A stretch of 63,102 nt of DNA, filler included, from Lenisia limosa (Eukaryota > Protista > Breviatea), in NCBI GenBank assembly GCA_001655205.1. It is 8 parts of 8 records of this genome, joined end to end, with 100 filler letters (N's around TTAATTAATTAA, not from the genome) between each part and the next. Parts side by side here need not be neighbours in the genome. Positions count along the whole stretch, not along the records: positions 38,732 to 41,380 come from LPNZ01004550.1; positions 41,481 to 45,225 come from LPNZ01004246.1; positions 45,326 to 48,619 come from LPNZ01006804.1; positions 48,720 to 52,949 come from LPNZ01008284.1; 4 more parts are not named here. One strand, 5' to 3'. A program made the position numbers and the translations under genes. Below the pieces are notes generated by a model. That model was given only the letters and a program-made list of their open reading frames with translations, was not told the DNA's origin and searched no databases. The first letter of the stretch is position 1; every line of letters starts with the position of its first letter. Positions 38,945 to 49,832 of the stretch are shown here, piece by piece.

Positions 38945-41380
38945 CAGGGAGCTAAACAATCGAAGAGAGCCCCGATCTACAGGCCGCATCCCACAGACCC
39001 CCTTCCTGACGAAGTTCGGTTATCGTATCTCAGGTGGAGGGGTGATGTGGAATTTTCAAAAAAAGGAAGAAAAAAATAATAGAATAGGATCGTATCTGAT
39101 AAATTTCTCCTTTATCGCAACTCCTTCCTTACCTGCAGGTCACAAAATTATGAGCATTTTGTCAGTTCCCTCACAACTCTCAAAAACCAGCTGGAAGATG
39201 ACAATGCCAATGGTGTTTTGGGTTATGTAATAAGAGGTGTAATGTTATAAGAGGTTTGTATAGGCGATCAATAAATATGGTAAATTTCCGATGTTTGGTC
39301 CTGATTATCCATCCAACAGTTTCAAGGGGGATAAAGCCAGGATCTACCTTTCTCTAACGCTACAGTGGCGTTGAGCGAACAAGACCGTTTGCTTTCCTCT
39401 CTGCACCTCCCAGCCCGTCAGGAGGCACCCGAAACGCCCATGTTGGTTTGGCTGTTTTTAATTTTCTATATTTAGGTGTAGTGGTGTTCTCATTATATTT
39501 TTTTAAATATGCAATTCGCAGTGGTTGCTCTTCCTATTGTTCACGTTTTTTGAAACAAAGGTCATTTTAAAATAAAATCTAATACTTGAATTGTAAATCA
39601 CCCCCCTAGTTTAACACGTTTTATTCACATGAGGGACTGTATTATTTCACGTTTTTTTTTGTTTTAGCTGGTTATAGTACTTAATGTAGCTACATAATAT
39701 ATTATATGATATATAATAGAGTATATCGATATGCAGTTATACACAGTGCATTCTCTTTTTTAACATGACGATTTAGGACCGGTGCTCTTATTTTGGAGGG
39801 CTCGGATGTGGCGTCGGCGCGGAAGGCGTTTACGTTCAAATCCTTCTTGACGCAAAGTGGGGGGGGGGGGGNNNNNNNNNNNNNNNNNNNNNNNNNNNNN
39901 NNNNNNNNNNNNNNNNNNNNNNNNNNNNNNNNNNNNNNNNNNNNNNNNNNNNNNNNNNNNNNNNNNNNNNNNNNNNTTACATTCTGATGGTGAATGTGAT
40001 TGAAGTATTTTTGTGGAGGGGGGGATTATGTGATTGGAGTGATTTACGTTTAGCTGGCCTATAATACGATTAAATTTTTTTTGAGTTTTTTTTTTTTCCT
40101 TCCCTTTTGACATGATTTTTTCTCACGTGTTCTTCCCCTTTGCCAGGGTTCTTTCTAACGCGGTGTAGCGGAGGTGATTTCGGCAGTTACGAAAGTCGGC
40201 ATCGAATGCTCCAAAGTGTCCGGACTCAACATGTTCGGTGTTACTGTGGGGGGGGGGTTAGATTAGAGCTTTTCTTTCGGTTTCAAAAACTGTCTGAATT
40301 CTCGATAAATCCTCGATATACTGTACATATCTCATAATCCCTACATCTATCCCCTTGTATTCTCGCACTGACCTGTCAGTCCACCAAGTCCGTGCGTATT
40401 GATGACTTCGAAGCCGCCCAGGCCCAGTCAGCCACAGGCCTCGCTAACATGCTCAAGGACTAGTGGGGGGGGGGGGGNNNNNNNNNNNNNNNNNNNNNNN
40501 NNNNNNNNNNNNNNNNNNNNNNNNNNNNNNNNNNNNNNNNNNNNNNNNNNNNNNNNNNNNNNNNNNNNNNNNNNNNNNNNNNNNNNNNNNNNNNNNNNNN
40601 NNNNNNNNNNNNNNNNNNNNNNNNNNNNNNNNNNNNNNNNNNNNNNNNNNNNNNNNNNNNNNNNNNNNNNNNNNNNNNNNNNNNNNNNNNNNNNNNNNNN
40701 NNNNNNNNNNNNNNNNNNNNNNNNNNNNNNNNNNNNNNNNNNNNNNNNNNNNNNNNNNNNNNNNNNNNNNNNNNCCTTCTTCTTTTGGTGGATTTGTGTC
40801 CAGTGGAGCGTCTTCGTCAAATTCCTCTTGTTTACCCAAGTAGATGCTCTTCGCACCTGCATGCAAGACAGTCTTGAGTTCTTCTCCAGTCACATCTGCT
40901 CGGCCATGTCTTACAAAATGGAAATTGAAACCCCCATTAATTACACAGTTGGGGGTGTGTGAACTTGGGCTTCACTTCAGTTGGGAAAAAGGAATTTCTC
41001 AATAAATCCTCATCGATATGTTACCTGTCTTTTTCGAACCGAAATGAATCCCTAAGAACCTCGTTCAACTATACTATACTTATTGGAAAACAAAATCTCA
41101 CACTCTCGAGGGGTGGTATTTGTTACCCCCCCTCCAAAAAAAGGTTTAATTCATATTTTTAGGCTACTAAACTTGACTATTTCGACTCCTTTGGCAATCT
41201 GGTAGGAGCGAGTTGTTATGGTCGTGTTTTTCGAAATATTCGCTCTTTTTTTTATATTGGTATTTGAGCTTTTTTGTTTCATAAATTTTCCATTTTTGCT
41301 ACCCCCCCCCCCATTATAACCTCGACAGGTCCCGGCCCGACCCCTCCCGTTGTTCCTCGTCGACCTCATCGTCTCAGACT
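38945..41380 (+). CDS. DNAH1: Axonemal inner-arm dynein heavy chain (DNAH1-like), N-terminal tail fragment
   Basis: DVASARKAFTFKSFLTQ/TEVISAVTKVGIECSKVSGLNMF / STKSVRIDDFEAAQAQSATGLANMLKD / VDALRTCMQDSLEFFSSHICSA / PARPLPLFLVDLIV. As I recall them, the DNAH1 segments (EVITALSKVRAECNKV, EEFEQIQSQ, LRFLVQDSL, PLFIMDLVL) occur in the same order. Confidence 0.8.
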
Positions 41381-41480
41381 NNNNNNNNNNNNNNNNNNNN
41401 NNNNNNNNNNNNNNNNNNNNNNNNTTAATTAATTAANNNNNNNNNNNNNNNNNNNNNNNNNNNNNNNNNNNNNNNNNNNN

Positions 41481-44400
41481 ATATTATATATATATATTTT
41501 GTTTATTCCCATTTCTTTTTTTGCCCTCTCGCCCCCCACCTCTGCCTTATCAAGGTAATAGTTGAACCAGGCCAGGCCACAGAAGCAAATCAGTCCAATC
41601 ACAAAGATGATCTAAAAATACATAAAAAGAAGAATTAATATGATCTACAAATACATAAATAAATAAAACAAGGTTGTATATGGCCGAAGCCGTCCACACC
41701 TTCATGCTTAGAAGAGATTATAGTATAATATTAATTCACCCAATCATTTGCCTTCCAACTCTGTGCACACAGCTTTCTGCGTGCCTCCAAATACCCAATG
41801 TAAATACCCCTCAATTGTCACACGAGTGGATATGAGGTATCATATGGAAAAGGAGAATTCACACCTCTGAAAATGACCCAAAAAGTGATATGATGCCATC
41901 ATAAATAATTCCCCCAGACCCAGAGTGACAGGGAAGCCGCCATGAAGAGACGTTGGGGATAGTGGAACTTCTTCTCCAGTGGCTACGGGGGAGTAAAAAA
42001 ATAAATAAAACAGAAAAAGCCCAAAATCAACTTTATAAAGTCTCTATTGAAACTAGGATCATAATAAGCAAACCTTATGGAAGTTGACGGGGCTCGGTTC
42101 AATTCGGACCTTAAAGAACCTCTTAGTACCGTACCAAATATCGGAAAACATCTGGGGAGGGGGGGGAGGTAAACGGAACTTCTGAAACAAAAAAGAGCCC
42201 AAAAAGGGGGGGAGGTAAATATGGAAAAATAAAAAGGCCTTTGCGGGAGTTAGTACAAAACATGGATGCAGTCTAAATACAGAGAAAAAAAAACACAAGC
42301 ATTTTGATCCAAGGGAAAATAATAATAAAAAAACAGTAATTCACCCCATCATTTGTATTACAGCTCTTTCTACTTGCCTCCACCGCATATGAATTGCACA
42401 AAATACAAAGATGAGAAATAAAACAAGGTTGTATCCAAACCAACACGCTTATAAGATATCATATAACTATATTATATATTGGATTAGTAATATATTAACG
42501 CACCCAATCTGAATTGCACTGAAGTCAATAATAAACCGGGAATTAAATTAATACCCAGGCCTCCACCCTGCAGCTGCCTACTTTTCCAAACGGTCCTTTT
42601 CTGGAGTACTTCGACTGTAGGGTCAGGTTGAGGAAAAAGTAATATCATATCATATGTAGAGATAAGAATAAGCAATGGGGCCCTATTTATGACCCCATAT
42701 TATCGAATAATACCCCCCACATTAACATCGCAAGCCGCCTCAAGACGTTCAGCGTCTTGCTCCTCTACTGTTTTGGTGTGTGCTCGGAACATGCGTAGAA
42801 TGCCCCTTGATAAGGTCAGTAAAAAGCGTCTTGATAAGGTCAGTAAAAATGCCATGATAAGGTCAGTAAAATATGCACTTTTTTTTAGACATACAACCCT
42901 CTGCAGTTATTTCAATCACATACTACATCTCTATTTCAATACACGAGCTTTATACATAGTTCAAATAAAGGACCAAAGCGGCAAAAAATAACACCCGATC
43001 AGTTCCCACAGTCGAATTTTGAAGTTTCGTGTTCGGCAGTCAATGTCTTTCATTTTCGGGTCTAGGAGGAGGGACACCATTTTCTTGCTGGAGCGGAAAA
43101 TGGGGTTCCGCTTGTCAACCCCATCCTAGGAAGTGAAAATCAGAAATATATATTTAGGGCTCCGTGCAATTACTTGAAAAAATAATTGCAAAATTTGAAG
43201 TTGGATATGCATATATTGTAACCAGAACCCTTTTTCACACTTTAATTTCTAATTTTGTCAATTAGTTTCTTCTAAAAATTAATTGCACGGAGCCCTGAGA
43301 ATATATCAAAGTTAATTTTCGTAAAATACCTTCTAAACAATTAATAGTAGCTTTCACCCGGTTCTATCCCCTCCCCATACTTGAGGCTTCACTTGGTTCG
43401 AGAAAATATCGATTGTTTCCGAGGATTTATCGAGAAATTCAGTCTTTTTTCGAAATGAAGTGAAGCACCACCCATACTCCTAAACACGCTCATCTTAGCC
43501 CTTCCTATCCTTGAAGAAAAGGGAGGTATTTGTGAGTTTACACCCCCTTTACGCCACTATTCTTCATTGAAATTTCCTTCGTTTCACCCCCCCCCCCNNN
43601 NNNNNNNNNNNNNNNNNNNNNNNNNNNNNNNNNNNNNNNNNNNNNNNNNNNNNNNNNNNNNNNNNNNNNNNNNNNNNNNNNNNNNNNNNNNNNNNNNNNN
43701 NNNNNNNNNNNNNNNNNNNGTGTACTCAAAAACATCCAAAACCATTCACTCCCCATCCCTACGGGGGTTCCTCGGATGACGGTGCGGATGTACCACATGA
43801 GAATGACCAGGTCAATAAGGAACATGGCGCCACTCAATGTCCGGGTGTACGAGTCGTCTTGATAGTATATGGACCAACTGGAGGGGGGAGGAGTTAGAAT
43901 CGAGGAGTTTTTTCGAAGGGAGGGGTACAATTGGAAAAGTAGACAACAAACAATATATCCCCGCCCCCCCACATTTTTCTTTTCTTTTCATACTACAACA
44001 TCATATTTCATGCCCCACCCTACAGTATTTTTTCATTGGGGCTGCTGAGTGCGATGATGTTCAGAATGTTCCTGAAGATGGAGAAGAATAGGCCTGGGGG
44101 GGGGGGGGTAAANNNNNNNNNNNNNNNNNNNNNNNNNNNNNNNNNNNNNNNNNNNNNNNNNNNNNNNNNNNNNNNNNNNNNNNNNNNNNNNNNNNNNNNN
44201 NNNNNNNNNNNNNNNNNGGGGTTCAGCGAAGCAAATTTCAATGAAGAATATACTGGCGTAAAAGCAATGCAATTAATTGACGGAACAATTGCCAAATTTG
44301 ACGGAACATTTTGTAATGTAAACTCAATTTCTGACACTTTAATTTCAAATCTTGTCAATTTCTTCACAAAATTAATTGCACGGAGCCCTAATCAATACCC

Positions 44401-45225
44401 ACCACCCCACCTAGCCAAGAGTAGAAAATCGTCCTAGTGAGAGCGTTGAAGAGGAACAGGGGGGTGTTGATGGCGGCTGTAAGGTACAGTGTGTTTTCCG
44501 TGTTAGCTACGAGGTGAGAAATCGCTGTCAAAAAAGCGCAAGAACAACAAAAAGGCGCTTCCGTCAAAATTATGGGTACTCTGAATGAAAAGAAGAACAG
44601 GAACCAAACAGCACCACTGGCTACCACCACAATCATCATCATCACCATCAACATCAACATCATCACCATCATCATCACCATCATCACATCACTATTCTCC
44701 AACCACGCACCCAAGGCAGAAGTGTCCGGAATAAGCGGATTAATGAGATCGATATCGCCGGTCAGCGGCGAGAAACTGCCACCAAAGACAAACTGCAGGG
44801 CGTAGGTTCCGGGTTCGCCCGAGGTGAATCTGGGGTATTATAAGTGAATCAGGGGGATTAGAGGTGAATCTGGGGTATTAGAAGGGTTAGGTAATAAGGA
44901 AATTTGAGTTATGTGCTAGAGGGGAATATACCCCCACCTTAAGTCCTGAAATGTATAAGTACCACAGCTTCAGTAACTGTGTCAAAATGCCCAATATCGT
45001 CGTATTTTAGAGTATAGCATACAGCTACCCTGTATCATACGCATATTACAAATGTGTATGTATTATATGATATACTATATCGTACGCATACATTATTAAA
45101 AATAGGACCAAAGCACCCACCTTAAGTCCTGAAATGTGTAAGTACCGTCCGCTTCAGTGACCGTGTCATTGGAGAACGTGACTGTCGCCGTGTATACCCG
45201 TTCGAAGTTATCTCCGGCCTGGGGG
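41481..45225 (-). CDS. Multi-pass membrane protein with a beta-rich extracellular region; possibly STRA6-like; partial
   Basis: Beta-rich exons (RVYTATVTFSNDT, GEPGTYALQFVFGG), then TM exons (LYLTAAINTPLFLFNAL, LSGAMFLIDLVILMWYIR, KKFHYPQRLFMAASLSLWV, IIFVIGLICFCGLAWFNYYL). The family call rests on one recalled motif. Confidence 0.5.
41657..41790. repeat. Dispersed mostly intronic repeat family C (~150 bp, no TIR seen)
   Basis: Core GTATCTGGCTGAAGCCGTCCACACCATCACGCTTATAAGAGATATTGGATTATAG...CACCCAATCATTTGCCTTACAACTCTGTGCACACAGCTTTCTGCCTGCCTCC. Copies or fragments near 5746, 9940, 29006, 42335, 45885, 46805, 53113, 53780, 55945, 58500 (x2) and 62405. Confidence 0.85.
43155..43276. mobile_element. 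MITE family D (TIR (T/C)AGGGCTCCGTGCAATTA)
   Basis: 17-bp inverted repeat at both ends. A second right TIR, TAATTGCACGGAGCCCTA, lies at about 44373-44390, with its left end probably in the gap. No TSD found. Confidence 0.7.
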
Positions 45226-45325
45226 NNNNNNNNNNNNNNNNNNNNNNNNNNNNNNNNNNNNNNNNNNNNTTAATTAATTAANNNNNNNNNNNNNNNNNNN
45301 NNNNNNNNNNNNNNNNNNNNNNNNN

Positions 45326-48300
45326 GGCCGCTATTCCAACCCTCATTCTCCTGTGCAGTGTTTCGGTGAGACGGTACCCTGCTTTTCCTGTTAACGTGTA
45401 GTTGATTTATCTTTACCATTGTTTTCTATTACAACAATTTTACTTGAAAGACGATTTAATTATTTATGCTATATACAGTGACCGGAATAAGTCTTGACCT
45501 ATTTTCCTTGGGAAATCACACAGCAAATCGGTCAAAACTTATCGCGGTCTTGTATAATAGTATGTTATTTGATATCATTCATATCCCAAGCCTTCTTAAT
45601 ATTCCTCTCTCAAGCCTTCTTAATATTCCCCTCTCAAGCCTTCTTAATATTCCCCTCTCAAGCCTTCTTAATATTCCCCTTCATTCCCCTAGCTCCGTGA
45701 GCTTTGGAAGAACACCCAGCTGGCACGGGTCCTTCCGGGGTGCCACTACCACTCCACGATGATGGTATCGAACTTGAGCCTCATCTGTGAGACTCTAGTG
45801 GGAGTTTCGGCCAAACACAAGGCCAAGGTGAGTAGAGTACTCATTTAGTAGTATGTATTCTCAATAAGAGGCATTCTATTATACTTTCATCCAATATCTC
45901 TTATGAGCGTGATGGTGTGGACGGCTTGTATCTGACGGTCAATTACAACCTTATTTTTTTTATTATTTCTCATTACATAATAATAGGCATAACAATACGT
46001 CGCCTTCACCCATCTCCCCAGTTGAACGAGCTTGGTTTGCCGTTTGCCGTTCGAACATTACATGACAACGCACTGACCGCTCTCAATGCTCTCGGAAATG
46101 ACTTCGACAACATCATGCCGGGTCAGGTATATTGGGGATCATCATGCCGGGACAGGGGTATCTTTCAATGCTATCCATTTCAATGATGGTTATGACATTT
46201 TATTTGTCGCGATGCTACATAAGCAACTGGCCTGGGCTTTGTTTTGTTTGTTGTTATCAACCCTCGTGTGTTGTCAGCCAACAGAGTTGATTTGGGTTTT
46301 TTTGCTTCAAAATTTTCCCATTTTACGCTTCAGGGCCTGCTAGCACGCCTCAATGACCTTACTGCTGTCAACGCGCTCACTCCGCTACTTGGCGCTGGCG
46401 ACATCCCCAACTCCAGCTGGGTGACACAGACCGTCTCGAAGGTGTTTGAAAATAGCTTCAAGTGGGGGGTTTGAATGTTTTCAAATATCGCCAATAGTTT
46501 TTTTGGTTCCTTTCCTCATTATTCACCCTCTGTTCACCCCCCAGGATTTTAGAGGAGCAGAACCCACACTGGAGAACCAAGAAGGTGCACATAGACGAGG
46601 GCCGAACTGAGGCGTCAACAAGCGAATTGGCTGCGTTTGCGGCTGTGGCTTTGCAGACGTCTTCGTCGCTCTCCGTCAACATCCTGGTGCCGTCAAGTTG
46701 CTCGCAGTATGCGGTTGCTCTTAAATGGAAATGGTCAATACGTTTTTAATAACATTTTTGTGCTGTTATTGAGTATCATATCTTTTGAGAGATTTAAAGA
46801 AACACGTTTGGCCAGATACAACCTTGTTTTTTTATTTCTCATTGCTATTATATAGTACTCCTTTGTCTATCCAACCCGTCCGAATCTCAATGACTTTGTA
46901 GTCTAAACAAGGGCCAACAAATCGCGTTGTCCAAACCCGAGGTACGCAATACGCTCACCAACGTCATGGCGGTTTTCCTGAAAAGTGTCGAGGTTGGGGG
47001 GGGGCATTTGATGGTGGGAGAAGGATTTATTGAGGGGACATTCATGTTTCCTATTAGGGTGTAGGGTGTTATTTTGGTGGTTTTCCTGTGATCGTATACA
47101 ATCTTCTTATTCGTTCCAGATAATGGCAACGACAGTGACGACGACCGCTTCGAAAACGTAAATTGGGGCGTGGTGTTAAAAGTGAAATTCGAGGGGACAA
47201 ATGAACGAATAATGGTAGCGGTGTATTTTTGAGTATCCCAACTCTGTCATCTTCGCAACTCACAACCCAGGCATCGTAGCTTGATTCTATCCTGCATTCG
47301 AGATATGGCCTTGTAGGGGGCACTGCGTTGTCGACTTTTCGATTAAGCTATGATAAAAATCAGTGGTTCCTCGTCTGGAGTAACCCTGTTGTTTTTTGTA
47401 TATATACATGTATATATTATTCTCTTTTTCTCAAAACGATTCTGACCCCCCCCCCCCNNNNNNNNNNNNNNNNNNNNNNNNNNNNNNNNNNNNNNNNNNN
47501 NNNNNNNNNNNNNNNNNNNNNNNNNNNNNNNNNNNNNNNNNNNNNCCCTCGACAGTGACCAAAGCTGAGGCTGTGCATGCGGCTGCCATTGCGGCTGCCT
47601 GCTTTGCCTGCAACGAAATCACGACGGCTCTCATGGCCATGGTCCATAACCTGCTTGCAAGGCAGAAAGATGTAGGGGCATCACTTCCACAGCTTCTTTG
47701 TCATTGGAAATAAAAATGGAGCGTCTGAAGAGAGTGGTCCATACCTTCATGTTTATTAATAAGGGTTAATAAAACCCTTCGGAGTTCAATGGGGAGACAA
47801 GTTTCGTTTTGGTTTTTTTGTGTTTCATGAATTATCCCTTCATACCCCCCTCCTCCACAAATGCTAACCAGTTGATTCAGGGTTTTTTGTTTCACATTAT
47901 CCATTCTTACCCGCATAGCGAAAACCCGCAGTGGCTCAGCTGATTCTCCGCTTGATGTTTGCCCCTCTCAACGACCGTCTTGAAGTCATAGCCCGTATGG
48001 GGGACGCGAAATCATTCTGCCGATAGTTTTTATTATTTTATGAGAGGTTATATAATGTGGGGGGGGGGGGTATTAGGAACTGTCANNNNNNNNNNNNNNN
48101 NNNNNNNNNNNNNNNNNNNNNNNNNNNNNNNNNNNNNNNNNNNNNNNNNNNNNNNNNNNNNNNNNNNNNNNNNNNNNNNNNNNNNNNNNNNNNNNNNNNN
48201 NNNNNTATTGCTTTTTAGAGTGTCGTATGCTGCGCACAATACTCTGTGTTGTTTACGCAACATGCTTCGTATTTTTATTACATACTTTCCAATTTTACGA

Positions 48301-48619
48301 ATGTACGTTGCCCTTTTACACCATAGACGAGCTGGAGCGAATCGGACAGTCACCCAATGAAGAGGCGGATCTCCTGACGTCCCAAGCCGCCTTCATCCTG
48401 ACCACCCTCGTCAAACTGCTGCCAAGCTCTCTGGGGTGGGTGGGCATTTACTTTAGCAACTCTTGACTCTATATATTATACATATACATATATATAATAT
48501 ACTATATATATATTACTATATATATACAATGACCCCAACATGGTTTTTTATTTCCTTCAGCACCACCAACAGCACCATGAGCTACTGGGTGGCGACAAAC
48601 CTGCAACTACCCGACCACG
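45326..48619 (+). CDS. Hypothetical alpha-helical (HEAT/ARM-like) protein, internal fragment
   Basis: Exons LRELWKNTQLARVLPGCHYH..., LNELGLPFAVRTLHDNAL..., GLLARLNDLTAVNALTPLL..., AEAVHAAAIAAACFACNEITTALMAMVHNLL, DLLTSQAAFILTTLVKLLP. Confidence 0.55.
45476..45552. mobile_element. Tc1/mariner-type MITE family B (~75 bp; TA|CAGTGACCGG.ATAAGTCTTGACC TIR)
   Basis: Palindromic ends flanked by TA. Further copies at 55122-55194 and 60687-60765 (degenerate), and a left-end fragment at about 58478. Confidence 0.8.
45585..45680. repeat. Intronic minisatellite, 24-bp unit x4
   Basis: CAAGCCTTCTTAATATTCCCCTCT repeated in tandem. Confidence 0.9.
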
Positions 48620-48959
48620 NNNNNNNNNNNNNNNNNNNNNNNNNNNNNNNNNNNNNNNNNNNNTTAATTAATTAANNNNNNNNNNNNNNNNNNNNNNNNN
48701 NNNNNNNNNNNNNNNNNNNGGGGGGGGGGGGGTGATTCAAATATAAATTTCCTGCCTGTTTCTAAGAATAATAATTGCCAAAAAAAAAAATCGCAATTAG
48801 AGTATTACATGAAATGGTATCCAAAAAAGCGAAGTCTCTTGCATTCAGTCCCACTATCAAATAGTCAATTGATTACACAAAATATTGATCACCACAACAA
48901 TTTCACCTTTTATGACCTGAAGTGTAAAATTAACATATATCATGACACACTCATATTCA

Positions 48960-49640
48960 AGCTATGTAAGCGTCGAAAAACTGCCATATTTGGTGGTGTT
49001 CAAAGAGAAATGGTGTGTTGAAACAACAAGAGTTTGCCAATTAAAAATAAACAAAATCTACGATAAAATAACTCCATATTGACCATTCGCTGAGGATATA
49101 TTGATTTGGTCACTGAAAAAAGCCCATTTGAGGAATGATGTATCATGACGAAACATTTCTTCCTTCAACAACTCTTTCCGACGCTTCTCCAATATATGAT
49201 CAGTATACGTTTCATGAGCTCAATATCACTTACATTGGGAGAAAAGGCACGTCCGGGGGGTTTCTCAGCGTTGTCAAAGAATGATCTGAAGGATTCAGGC
49301 ACCGATGAAGGGTCAGCATCATATTGGGCTTCCAAAGACTCCAGGTAAGCACTATAAAACAATCAATGACGACATAGTTCGGAAGAAAACAAACACATTG
49401 GAACCAGAAAGAAACGATTCTGACGGATGAGGAGGTCCAAATGTTTTATGAGCACCAGAAGAGAACGCCTAGAGGAGTTAGACGAACTTCACAGAAAAAG
49501 AGCTTTCGCAAACCCGAAGGCCAGTCATAGTAGCAGCTGCCACATTATGACTAAATGAGGTTAAGGGGGGCTAAAGCAAAGAAACAATCCTACAGTGAGG
49601 GGGAACCTAACTTCACTAACGTGGAGCTAATAGAAAGCAT
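48960..49640 (-). CDS. Short protein with mitochondrial-type presequence and a 2-oxoglutarate dehydrogenase E1 N-terminal domain
   Basis: ...AATMTGLR/AFSSGAHKTFGPPHPSESFLSGSN/xAYLESLEAQYDADPSSVPESFRSFFDNAE matches the OGDH N-domain (FLSG..YxE.Y..DP.SV..SW..FF). Downstream exons (KRRKELLKEEMFRHDTSFLKWAF) do not resemble E1. The 3' end is uncertain. Confidence 0.55.
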
Positions 49641-49832
49641 TTTTATTATTTATATCGAGTTACCAACTATATATTCAACTTTATCATTACAAATTGGAAA
49701 TTGAGAGGGCTTTGGGAAAATAAAAGCGAAATAGGCTCGGAATATTCTGGTAAGTGAATGTTTAGAAAACAAAGTGTGAAAGTGTTCTAACTGGGTACTT
49801 TAATTGCTCTTGATCGACTCTTGTTTCACAAA

